DNA from: Bacillota bacterium
GTDB lineage: Bacteria; Bacillota; Clostridia; Oscillospirales; Ethanoligenentaceae
NCBI GenBank assembly: GCA_023391835.1
Contig: JAEWAE010000020.1
Span: forward strand, 1 to 57,140
Direction: 5' to 3'
DNA: 57,140 nucleotides
The notes beneath the pieces are model-generated. The model was not told the DNA's origin and ran no database searches. It saw nothing but the letters and a program-made list of their open reading frames with translations. The translations under genes and the position numbers were made by a program. Positions 28,733 to 36,848 of the stretch are shown one piece after another (within the stretch, counting starts at the first letter, position 1; every line of letters starts with the position of its first letter).

Positions 28733-29816
28733 GTGGCAGCGCCGAAAAAACGGCCGCGTGAAGCACCCGGCGCAGCCGCAGCAGCGGGTTTTGCTCCCGG
28801 GTGGGATGCACCCGGTTGGTGAGCAACAGCACATACAGCCCCGTCTCGGGCGAAACCAGCAGGTGAGTGCCGGTGAAACCGGTGTGGCCAAAGGCACGGG
28901 GGTCGGCAAACGCCCCGGCGCAGCTGGTGTAGCCGCCCGCCAGCTGAAAGACCAGCCCCCGGTTTTCGGCCATGCCGGGCGTATAATTGCGGATGGCCGC
29001 CCGCAGCGTGGAGGGTGCAAGGTAGCGGCCCCGTGGCGTTTCGCCGCCGCAGGCGAGCATCTGCGCCAGACGGATGCCGTCCGTCAGGTCGGAAAAGACC
29101 CCCGCGTTGCCGCTCACCCCATTCAGGAACCGGGCGTTTTCGTCGTGGACGACCCCGCGCAGCCATTCGCCGGTGGCCGGGTCCCTCTCGGTGAAGGCGG
29201 CATGGGTCGCCTGGGATGGGTCGACCAGCCGCCCCCCGTGCAGCGGGTGGTAACCGGTGGCGGTCATCCCCAGCGGGCCGAAAACCGCCTCCCTGGCGAT
29301 ACGGTCCAGCGGTGCCGAAAAGATGCGCTCGAGGATCTTGCCCAGCAAAATGAAGCCCATGCAGCTGTAAATCACCGCCGACCCCACGGGAGCCGCCAGT
29401 GGCGCGCGCAAAATGGCCGCCGCCGCGTCCTCCGGCGAAGCGGCGGTCTGCTCAAGCGGCAGCGCGGCGGGCAGCCCCGCCGTGTGCGTCAGCAGGTGAA
29501 ACAGCGTGATGCTCCGTTTATCCGCCGGCACCGGGCCGAGATAGCGGCCGATGGTGTCCGCCAGGTCGAGGGTGCCGTCTTCCAGCAGCCGCAGCGCGGT
29601 CAGTCCGGCGGCATACACCTTGGTCAGCGAGGCCAGGTCATATGGGGTGTGCACCGTCACCGGCTCGGCCTCGGGCGTGTAGGAAGTAACCCCCCAGGCC
29701 TCGCACACATAGACATGGTCGCGCACGCCGATTACCAACGCCGCCGACGGCACGGCCCGGGTGTGCACGGCCTCACTGACCAGAGATGCCGCCTTTTGAA
29801 ATCGTGGGTCCGTCAT
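28713..29816 (-). CDS. serine hydrolase, beta-lactamase/esterase (class C-like) family
   Basis: The S-x-x-K nucleophile motif SLTK appears near the N-terminus and the length fits this family. The ATG at 29816 is preceded by AGAGGGCGGG. The ORF-track N-terminal extension is unlikely to be coding. Confidence 0.8.
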   Translation of the reverse strand: MTDPRFQKAASLVSEAVHTRAVPSAALVIGVRDHVYVCEAWGVTSYTPEAEPVTVHTPYDLASLTKVYAAGLTALRLLEDGTLDLADTIGRYLGPVPADKRSITLFHLLTHTAGLPAALPLEQTAASPEDAAAAILRAPLAAPVGSAVIYSCMGFILLGKILERIFSAPLDRIAREAVFGPLGMTATGYHPLHGGRLVDPSQATHAAFTERDPATGEWLRGVVHDENARFLNGVSGNAGVFSDLTDGIRLAQMLACGGETPRGRYLAPSTLRAAIRNYTPGMAENRGLVFQLAGGYTSCAGAFADPRAFGHTGFTGTHLLVSPETGLYVLLLTNRVHPTREQNPLLRLRRVLHAAVFSALPLIRPEF

Positions 29817-29976
29817 ATAACCCGCCCTCTTTTCTTTCGCTACCTCTATGATACCGCACAAGGAACGCGAAAACAAGCACAGGGGGCACACTCCCCCCAC
29901 GGGTTGTGCGGGGCTGACGGCCCGGAGCCTGTTTGACGGAATGCCTGCATTTTTTGCCCCGACATGAAAAAAAGCC

Positions 29977-30006
29977 TTGACATCCGGTTCCGGAATGGGA
30001 TACAAT
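29977..30006 (+). promoter_or_regulatory. near-consensus sigma-A promoter TTGACA-N18-TACAAT
   Basis: Read directly; it drives the 49-codon ORF below. Confidence 0.45.
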
Positions 30007-30062
30007 ACCATTGTTGCGGCGGATTGCGCCGCCTGAATTTATGACAAAAGGAGGTGGGCAGT

Positions 30063-30212
30063 ATGATTCTTCTCAATCGCTTGGGTGGGAAATACCGTGT
30101 CGTGCTGGCGGGCGTCGAGCGCATCGGCGGCGTTGTGACGGCATTCTCGGCTTTTTCGCGTGTGGGTACGGATGATTGCTGCCCGCCCGTTTCCGATACC
30201 GGTCCGGTCTGA
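30063..30212 (+). CDS. unannotated small ORF (49 aa, MILLNRLGGKYRVVLAGVERIGGVVTAFSAFSRVGTDDCCPPVSDTGPV) with strong SD AAAGGAGG
   Basis: Below the 60-aa cut-off of the ORF track. It has an AAAGGAGG SD 8 nt upstream of the ATG, its own consensus promoter, and is followed by a perfect terminator. Confidence 0.4.
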   Translation: MILLNRLGGKYRVVLAGVERIGGVVTAFSAFSRVGTDDCCPPVSDTGPV

Positions 30213-30234
30213 CCCGGCCTATGCGGATGCGTGC

Positions 30235-30267
30235 AGCCCTTCTCCGTTCCCGGAGAAGGGCTTTTTT
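30235..30267 (+). terminator. rho-independent terminator (AGCCCTTCTCC-gttccc-GGAGAAGGGCT + TTTTTT)
   Basis: An 11-bp perfect stem plus T-run lies between the small ORF and the ABC exporter gene. Confidence 0.55.
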
Positions 30268-30304
30268 GCGTCCTTTTTCGTCACTTTAGAAAGGGGGATA
30301 CCCT

Positions 30305-32137
30305 ATGTCCGGAAAATCCCGCCGCACCGCCGGCTTTATCGGGACGATGATCCGACCCGTGCTGCCCCTGTTTTTCGCGGCGGGCGTGTGCCTGCTGCTC
30401 AGCACCGCCCTCAACACGCTGATTCCCCAGGCGGTCAGCGTCGCCATGGATACCCTCGCCGCCGGCCGGCCGGCGGATATTTCCCCGGCCGTGCTCGGCC
30501 GGCTGGGCCTTGCGCATGCTTCGCCCGGCACCGTACTGTGGCTGTGCGCCGGTGCCGTGCTGCTCTCTTCGCTGCTGGCGGGGGTGTGCAGCTACGGCAG
30601 CCAGCTCAGCGCCGCCAAGGGCTCCGAGACGGCCGTGCGCGGCCTGCGGGACCGGCTGTTCGCCCATATCCAGCGGCTGCCCTATCTGTGGCACACCGGC
30701 AATCAGACGGGTGACATCATCCAGCGCTGTACGTCGGATGTGGACGTCGTGCGCAGTTTCGTGGGTTCCCAACTGCTGGAGGTGGTGCGCACCGGCATCC
30801 TCGTCACCCTCACGACCATCGTGATGGCCCTGATGAACTGGCGGATCACGCTGGTGGCCGTGTCTTTTCTCGTCGTTATCTTTTTCTACTCGGTGCTGTT
30901 TTACGGCCGCATCGCCGGGCGGTTCCTTGAAGCCGACGAGTCGGAGGGGCGTCTTTCCTCCATCACGCAGGAAAATCTCACCGGCGTGCGGGTGGTGCGC
31001 GCCTTCGGGCGGGAGCGGTATGAGACCGCGCGCTTTAAGCGGGCCAACGACGAATTCGCCGACCTCTGGCTGCGGCTCGGGCAGCTGCTCAGCGCTTACT
31101 GGAGTCTGGGCGACCTCATCACCGGGCTGCAGATCCTGACGGTCTCGGCCGTGGGCATCTGGCAGACGGTGCAGGGTGCCATCACACTGGGCCAGTTTCT
31201 GGCCTTTGTTTCCTACGACACCATGCTGATCTGGCCGGTGCGCTCGATGGGGCATGTGCTTTCCGAAATGAGCAAGACGGGCGTGTCGCTGCGCCGGATT
31301 CAGTACATCCTCGATTCCCCGGCGGAAGAGGAGCCGCCCGACGCGCTGGAACCGCCCATGACCGGCGACATCGAGTTTTCCCACGTGAGCTTTGCCTTCG
31401 GGGAGGGCCAGCCGGTGCTGCGGGACGTGAGCCTGCGCATCCCGGCGGGGAGCACCTTCGCCATCCTCGGCGGCACGGGCAGCGGCAAATCCACCCTCAT
31501 GCACCTGCTCGACCGGCTGTATGATCTGCCGCCCGGCAGCGGCACCATCACTGTCGGCGGGGTGGATATCCGCCGCATCCGCCGCGCCCACCTGCGCCGG
31601 AATATCGGCATGGTGCTGCAGGAGCCCTTCCTTTTTTCCCGCACCATTGAGGAAAACATCCGGGCGTCCCGGCCGGATGCCGGACGCGAGCCGGTGCGCC
31701 GCGCCGCGCAAATCGCCGCCGTCGACGGCGCGGTGATGGAATTTCCCGACGGCTACGACACCATGGTGGGCGAGCGGGGCGTCACCCTTTCCGGCGGACA
31801 GAAGCAGCGGGTGGCCATCGCCCGCATGCTGATGCAGCGGGCGCCTATCCGGGTATTCGACGATTCCCTGTCGGCCGTGGACACCGAGACCGACGAAAAG
31901 ATCCGCGCCGCCCTGCGCCGGCAGGGCGGGCCAGCCACCACCATCCTGATTTCCCACCGCGTCACGACGCTGATGCAGGCCGACCGCATCCTCGTGCTGG
32001 AAAACGGCCGCGTGGCGGAAAGCGGCACCCACCGCGAGCTGCTGGCCCGGGGCGGCATTTACCGCAAAATTTACGACGTGCAGGCGGGGCGGGATGAGAC
32101 CGACGCGACAAAGGAGGCACCCGGCGATGGGATATGA
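30305..32137 (+). CDS. ABC transporter ATP-binding protein/permease (type I exporter half-transporter)
   Basis: TM domain plus NBD (GGTGSGKST, LSGGQKQR, VFDDSLSAVD). Confidence 0.9.
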   Translation: MSGKSRRTAGFIGTMIRPVLPLFFAAGVCLLLSTALNTLIPQAVSVAMDTLAAGRPADISPAVLGRLGLAHASPGTVLWLCAGAVLLSSLLAGVCSYGSQLSAAKGSETAVRGLRDRLFAHIQRLPYLWHTGNQTGDIIQRCTSDVDVVRSFVGSQLLEVVRTGILVTLTTIVMALMNWRITLVAVSFLVVIFFYSVLFYGRIAGRFLEADESEGRLSSITQENLTGVRVVRAFGRERYETARFKRANDEFADLWLRLGQLLSAYWSLGDLITGLQILTVSAVGIWQTVQGAITLGQFLAFVSYDTMLIWPVRSMGHVLSEMSKTGVSLRRIQYILDSPAEEEPPDALEPPMTGDIEFSHVSFAFGEGQPVLRDVSLRIPAGSTFAILGGTGSGKSTLMHLLDRLYDLPPGSGTITVGGVDIRRIRRAHLRRNIGMVLQEPFLFSRTIEENIRASRPDAGREPVRRAAQIAAVDGAVMEFPDGYDTMVGERGVTLSGGQKQRVAIARMLMQRAPIRVFDDSLSAVDTETDEKIRAALRRQGGPATTILISHRVTTLMQADRILVLENGRVAESGTHRELLARGGIYRKIYDVQAGRDETDATKEAPGDGI

Positions 32138-33959
32138 CGAGACCGAATACACCCGATCATTCGACATCCGCATTTGGCGCGGCCTGATGCGCTACATCCG
32201 CCCCTACCGGGGCATGCTGCTGACCGTCGTGGCGCTCAACTTCGCGGGGGCGGCTTTCGACATCACGCAGCCGCTTTTCCAGCGCTATGCCGTCGACCAT
32301 TTCATCACCGGCAAAAGCACGGCCGGGCTCGCGGGCTTCTGCGCGCTTTACGCCGCGGTCGTGATCCTCATGGCCGCCGTGGTGCTCATCTTTACCCGGC
32401 TTTCCATGCGCATCGACACCCACATGGGGCGGGATCTCAAGCAGGCCTGCTTCGAGCACCTGCAGACCCTGTCGCTGTCATATTATAACGTCACGCCCGT
32501 GGGCTATATCCTGGCCCGGGTGATGAATGACACCGGGCGCATCTCGGGGCTGCTGGCCTGGAACCTGCCGGATATCCTGTGGTCAACGGTCTATGTGCTG
32601 GGCACCTTCGCCGCCATGCTGGCCCTCAACCCCAGGCTGGCGCTGCCGGTGATGCTGCTCATCCCCGCGCTGGCGCTGCTCACCGCCTATTTTCAGGACC
32701 GCATCCTGCACTGGAACCGCCGGGTGCGCAAGCTCAATTCCAAAATCACCGGCGCCTACAACGAGGGCATCACGGGGGCCCGCACCTCCAAGACGCTGGT
32801 CATCGAGGACGCAAACTTCGCGGATTTTTCCCGTCTGACGGGGGAAATGCGTGAATCCTCCATCCACGCCGCGCGGCTCAACGCCATTTTCATGCCCGTG
32901 GTGCTGTCGCTGAGCGCGGTGGCCACGGCGGTGGTGCTCATCCGCGGCGGCTACCTGACAATGCAGCACCGCATGCTCATCGGCACCCTGTCGGCCTTCG
33001 CCACCTATTCGGTGAGCATTTTCCAGCCCATCCAGCAGATCGCCCGCAACCTTTCCGAATTCATTTCGGTGCAAACCAACATCGAGCGGGTCACCGGGCT
33101 GCTGGATGAGAAGCCCCGGATCGTCGACACCCCCGCCGTGGTGGCGAAATACGGCGACGCCTTCCACCCCAAGCCGGAAAATTGGGAGCCTATCCGCGGC
33201 GACATCGAATTCGACGACGTGAGCTTCCGCTACCCCGACGGCGGGGAGGACGTGCTGACCCATTTCTGCCTGAAGATCCCCGCCGGCTCCACCGTGGCCA
33301 TCGTGGGCGAGACCGGCGCCGGCAAAAGCACGCTGGTCAACCTGGCCTGCCGGTTTTTCGAGCCCACCGGCGGGCGGGTGCTCATCGATGGGCGGGATAT
33401 AAGGCAGCGCAGCCAGCTGTGGCTGCACAGCGCTATCGGCTACGTGCTGCAGAGCCCGCATCTTTTTTCGGGCACGGTGATGGAAAATATTCGTTACGGC
33501 CGGCTCGACGCCACCGACGACGAAGTGATCGCCGCCGCCCGGGCCGTGAGCGCCGACACGGTGGCGGCCCGGCTGCCCCACGGCTACGACACCGACGTGG
33601 GCGAGGGGGGCGACCTGCTTTCCACCGGGGAAAAGCAGCTGATATCCTTCGCCCGGGCGGTGCTGGCCGACCCGCGTGTCTTTGTGCTCGACGAGGCCAC
33701 CTCTTCCATCGACACCCGCACCGAGCAGCTTATCCAGCAGGCCATTGCGAAAATCCTGCGGGGGCGCACCTCCTTCCTCATCGCCCACCGGCTGTCCACC
33801 ATCCGCCACGCGGATAAGATCCTCGTGGTGCACGCGGGGCACATCGTCGAGCAGGGCACTCACGAGGAGCTGCTGGCCCGGCGCGGCGCCTACCATTCAC
33901 TCTATACCCGGCAGTTTGCCGACGAAGCCACCGATCGGGCGCTGGGGGGAGAAGCCTGA
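32127..33959 (+). CDS. ABC transporter ATP-binding protein/permease (partner half-transporter)
   Basis: TM domain plus NBD (GETGAGKST, LSTGEKQL, FVLDEAT). It overlaps the upstream gene by 11 nt, and an AGGAGGC SD lies before the ATG at 32127. Confidence 0.9.
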   Translation: MGYDETEYTRSFDIRIWRGLMRYIRPYRGMLLTVVALNFAGAAFDITQPLFQRYAVDHFITGKSTAGLAGFCALYAAVVILMAAVVLIFTRLSMRIDTHMGRDLKQACFEHLQTLSLSYYNVTPVGYILARVMNDTGRISGLLAWNLPDILWSTVYVLGTFAAMLALNPRLALPVMLLIPALALLTAYFQDRILHWNRRVRKLNSKITGAYNEGITGARTSKTLVIEDANFADFSRLTGEMRESSIHAARLNAIFMPVVLSLSAVATAVVLIRGGYLTMQHRMLIGTLSAFATYSVSIFQPIQQIARNLSEFISVQTNIERVTGLLDEKPRIVDTPAVVAKYGDAFHPKPENWEPIRGDIEFDDVSFRYPDGGEDVLTHFCLKIPAGSTVAIVGETGAGKSTLVNLACRFFEPTGGRVLIDGRDIRQRSQLWLHSAIGYVLQSPHLFSGTVMENIRYGRLDATDDEVIAAARAVSADTVAARLPHGYDTDVGEGGDLLSTGEKQLISFARAVLADPRVFVLDEATSSIDTRTEQLIQQAIAKILRGRTSFLIAHRLSTIRHADKILVVHAGHIVEQGTHEELLARRGAYHSLYTRQFADEATDRALGGEA

Positions 33960-34034
33960 TCCCATCGGCCGGATGCCATTGAACCGGACTCGCTGTCCCG
34001 CCGGGTGACCGGCGGGATTTTTTTATCCCCGGGG

Positions 34035-34063
34035 TTGACAGCGTCGAACGGCCGGTATAAGAT
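34035..34063 (+). promoter_or_regulatory. candidate promoter TTGACA-N17-TAAGAT for the AbrB-like/ABC operon
   Basis: Read directly. Confidence 0.4.
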
Positions 34064-34074
34064 AAAATAAGTAG

Positions 34075-34102
34075 TTATACTATTCATACTAATCATACAA
34101 TT
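34075..34102 (+). repeat. three tandem ~9-bp direct repeats (TTATACTAT / TCATACTAA / TCATACAAT) between promoter and SD
   Basis: Read directly. A candidate operator for the SpoVT/AbrB-type regulator encoded immediately downstream. Confidence 0.3.
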
Positions 34103-34116
34103 GAGAAGGCGATCGG

Positions 34117-34347
34117 ATGAAACATCCCAAGGGCAAATACGCCTGGACGGTCAAAGTCGGGGAAAAAGGGCAGTTTGTCATCCCCAAAGAGGCGCGGGAT
34201 CTATTCGACATCCACCCCGGCGATACGCTCATCGTGCTGGCCGACGAAAAACGAGGCATTGCCATTCCGCCCAAATCCACATTTGCCATGTTCTTTGAAC
34301 GCATTTTTGCCGAGAATGGGCCGAAAGCCGGGGAGAAGTCAAAATGA
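34117..34347 (+). CDS. AbrB/MazE/SpoVT family DNA-binding protein
   Basis: Swapped-hairpin AbrB-N signature (…KVGEKGQFVIPKEARDLFDIHPGDTLIVLADEKRGIAI…). The stop overlaps the start of the next gene (ATGA). Confidence 0.75.
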   Translation: MKHPKGKYAWTVKVGEKGQFVIPKEARDLFDIHPGDTLIVLADEKRGIAIPPKSTFAMFFERIFAENGPKAGEKSK

Positions 34348-35186
34348 TTCCACTGGAAGTACACAATCTGTGTAAAACCTACCCCTCCTTTCAGCTGCAT
34401 GACCTGTCGTTCACCCTCGCGGCGGGCAAAATCACCGGCTTTGTGGGACGCAACGGCGCCGGCAAGAGCACCACGCTCAAGAGTCTTTTCCACATGGTGC
34501 ACCCGGAAAGTGGAGAAATCCGATTTTTCGGGCAGGATTTTGCCGCCCACGAGCTGGAAATCAAGCGCCGGGTCGGTTTTGTCACCGGCGGCGTGGATTT
34601 TTACCCCCGCAGCCGGCTGCGCGCCATCACCCGCGTCACACGGACGTTTTACCCGAACTGGGATGAGGCGGGCTATGAACGGTGCCTGGCCCGCTTCGGG
34701 CTGGATGAGCGAAAGACCCCGGCCCAGCTTTCCACAGGTATGCAGATCAAGTACGCGCTGACGCTGGCCCTTTCCCACCGGGCGGAGCTGCTCATCCTCG
34801 ACGAGCCCACCAGCGGCCTCGACCCGGTCTCGCGGGACGAGCTGCTCGACCTTTTCCTGAGCCTGTGCGGCGAGGGTGTGACCATCCTTTTTTCCACCCA
34901 CATCATTTCCGATCTCGACAAGTGCGCGGACCGCATCCTGTATATTCAAAACGGTTCGCTGCTGGCCGACAGCGATCTGCCCGCATTTGTGGGGAGCTAC
35001 CGGCTGGCGGATGACACCGCCTCCGACCCGCTCCCCGAGTCGGTGCGGCGGCAGGCGCTGGGAACGCGCCGCACCAAAACGGGCCGCTCGCTGCTGCTCC
35101 CCGCCGCCGCGGCCGAAAGAATCCCCTCCCGCCCCGCCGGGCTGGAGGAGATCATGGTGCATCTGGAACGGAGGGAGGACACATGA
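34344..35186 (+). CDS. ABC transporter ATP-binding protein
   Basis: Walker A GRNGAGKST, signature LSTGMQIK, Walker B LILDEPTSGLD. Confidence 0.9.
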   Translation: MIPLEVHNLCKTYPSFQLHDLSFTLAAGKITGFVGRNGAGKSTTLKSLFHMVHPESGEIRFFGQDFAAHELEIKRRVGFVTGGVDFYPRSRLRAITRVTRTFYPNWDEAGYERCLARFGLDERKTPAQLSTGMQIKYALTLALSHRAELLILDEPTSGLDPVSRDELLDLFLSLCGEGVTILFSTHIISDLDKCADRILYIQNGSLLADSDLPAFVGSYRLADDTASDPLPESVRRQALGTRRTKTGRSLLLPAAAAERIPSRPAGLEEIMVHLERREDT

Positions 35187-35833
35187 AACACCTGCTTTAT
35201 AAAGAGCTGACGCTGTCGCTGCACCCCACCGCGCCGCTTTTTCTGCTGCTGTCGGCGATGCTGATTATCCCAAATTACCCCTATTACGTCGTTTTCTTTT
35301 ACACGGGGCTCGCGGTATTTTTCACCTGCCTGAACGGCCGGGAAAATCACGACGTGGCCTACTCGGTGCGGCTGCCCGTGGCCAAGCGGGATATCGTGCG
35401 GGCGCGGTTTGCCTTCGTCGTGCTGCTGGAGGCCGCCCAGCTGCTGTGCGCCGTGCCCTTCGCCCTGCTGCGCCAATCCATGCCCGTGCCCCGCAATCAG
35501 GTAGGCATGGGCGCCAACCTGACCCTTTTCGGGCTGTCGCTGGTGCTGCTGGGCCTATTCAACCTCATTTTTTTCACCATCTATTACCACCGGGATGTCA
35601 ACCAGGTGGGCAAAGCCTTCGGCTGGGCCACCGTGGGCGTGAGCCTTTATATGGTCGTGGCCGAAACCGCCGACCATGCCGTCCCCTACATCCGCAATAC
35701 GCTCGACACCAACGAGCCGCTCTTTTTAGCCCCCAAACTGGCCGTGCTGGCCGGCGGGCTGCTGATTTACGCCCTGTGCACGGCCGTCGCCTATCGCCGG
35801 TCGGTGCGCAGCTTCGAAGCGCTTGACTTGTAG
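35183..35833 (+). CDS. ABC-2 family transporter permease (6 TM)
   Basis: Hydrophobic 216-aa protein translationally coupled to the ATPase by an ATGA overlap. Confidence 0.7.
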   Translation: MKHLLYKELTLSLHPTAPLFLLLSAMLIIPNYPYYVVFFYTGLAVFFTCLNGRENHDVAYSVRLPVAKRDIVRARFAFVVLLEAAQLLCAVPFALLRQSMPVPRNQVGMGANLTLFGLSLVLLGLFNLIFFTIYYHRDVNQVGKAFGWATVGVSLYMVVAETADHAVPYIRNTLDTNEPLFLAPKLAVLAGGLLIYALCTAVAYRRSVRSFEALDL

Positions 35834-35837
35834 ATGC

Positions 35838-35874
35838 AAAGGCGGGCCCGCCTGCAAAAGGAGGGCCCGCCTTT
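35838..35874. terminator. GC-rich bidirectional terminator region (two GGCGGGCCCGCC-type palindromes)
   Basis: Lies between the convergent permease and patatin genes. Confidence 0.45.
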
Positions 35875-36727
35875 ATGACTGTGCGTCGGTCAGAAAGGCC
35901 GGGATGGCCGCTGCGTCCCCGCGGCCCTTGCGATACATGGCGTCCATGCGCCGGCGGCTGCGGGTGAGGGTTTTCATGCCGCAGATGTTGTCGGGCGCGA
36001 TAAGGAGCACCCGCCCCTGGCGGGCGTATTCCTGCGCCAGAGCAACCTCCTGGTTATACAGGTCGGCACGGGCCAGCAGCCGCCGAGCCGCCTGCGGGTA
36101 GCTTTTTTCCAGCCGGCGGGCCAGACGGGCATCTCTTTCCGGCGAGCGCTGGAAATCGGCCGGCCGGGTCAGCACGACCACCACCCGGTCGCACCCGTCG
36201 TCAAAAGCCTTCCGCACCGGCACCGGGTCGGCCAGCCCACCGTCGAAATAGGGCACGCCGCCGATCTCATAGGGCCGGCAGACCAGCGGCAGGCTGGAGG
36301 ACGCTTTTAGAATATGGTAGCTGTCGGGGCCCATATCCCGTTTGTCGAAATACTGCACCGCACCGGTGAGAGCGTTGAGCGCCACCACCTTCATCACGGC
36401 AGGGGAGGCGCGGAAGGCGTCGTAATCCAGTGGATTTTCGCCGTCGTGATTGGAAAGCCCGCTGTATACATAGTCGAGATCGATATAGGAGCCCGTGTAC
36501 AGCAGATTGTGCAGGCTCATATAGCGGCGGCGGAAGGAATATTCCATATAAAAGTGATAATTCCGCCCCGGCTGCCCGGCCAGATAGGAGGCAATGTTGG
36601 CGCTGCCCGCCGACACGCCGATGCAGTAGTCAAATCGGATATGCCGCTCCATGCAGCAGTCGAAAACCCCGGCGCCATAGATGCCCCGCATCCCGCCGCC
36701 CACATCCACGATCCCCACCATGGGCAC
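35873..36727 (-). CDS. patatin-like phospholipase family protein
   Basis: Oxyanion GGG(x)RG (VDVGGGMRG), the GxSxG nucleophile (GVSAG) and the DGG catalytic Asp are all present. Confidence 0.85.
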   Translation of the reverse strand: MPMVGIVDVGGGMRGIYGAGVFDCCMERHIRFDYCIGVSAGSANIASYLAGQPGRNYHFYMEYSFRRRYMSLHNLLYTGSYIDLDYVYSGLSNHDGENPLDYDAFRASPAVMKVVALNALTGAVQYFDKRDMGPDSYHILKASSSLPLVCRPYEIGGVPYFDGGLADPVPVRKAFDDGCDRVVVVLTRPADFQRSPERDARLARRLEKSYPQAARRLLARADLYNQEVALAQEYARQGRVLLIAPDNICGMKTLTRSRRRMDAMYRKGRGDAAAIPAFLTDAQS

Positions 36728-36793
36728 CGCCCCTTTCCCGTACGGACGTTCGAACGAGCCGCCCTTATTGTATCACAAACCCCGGCCGGGCGT

Positions 36794-36833
36794 CAAAAAG
36801 AGGGGCGGCGGGAAAATTCCGCCGCCCCTCTTA
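36794..36833 (-). terminator. rho-independent terminator for nrdD (13-bp perfect stem AGAGGGGCGGCGG/CCGCCGCCCCTCT + T-run on minus strand)
   Basis: Read directly; lies 15 nt after the nrdD stop. Confidence 0.55.
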
Positions 36834-36848
36834 TACCATGGCGTCGCG

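Noticed and set aside
30063-30212. Reading the 49-aa ORF as a double-glycine-leader bacteriocin precursor
   Set aside because: The only GG pair is at residues 8-9, too close to the N-terminus for a leader. Neither downstream ABC transporter has an N-terminal C39 peptidase domain. A RiPP or leader-peptide role remains possible but is not a classical class II bacteriocin.
30160-30714. 184-aa plus-strand ORF spanning the terminator and the start of the ABC gene
   Set aside because: It runs through a strong terminator hairpin, is out of frame with the ABC gene, and has junk composition.
36746-36756. Palindrome ACGTTCGAACG upstream of the patatin gene
   Set aside because: It is short, built on the common TTCGAA core, and not a recognisable operator. 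It was noted only because of the GTTC/GAAC half-sites.
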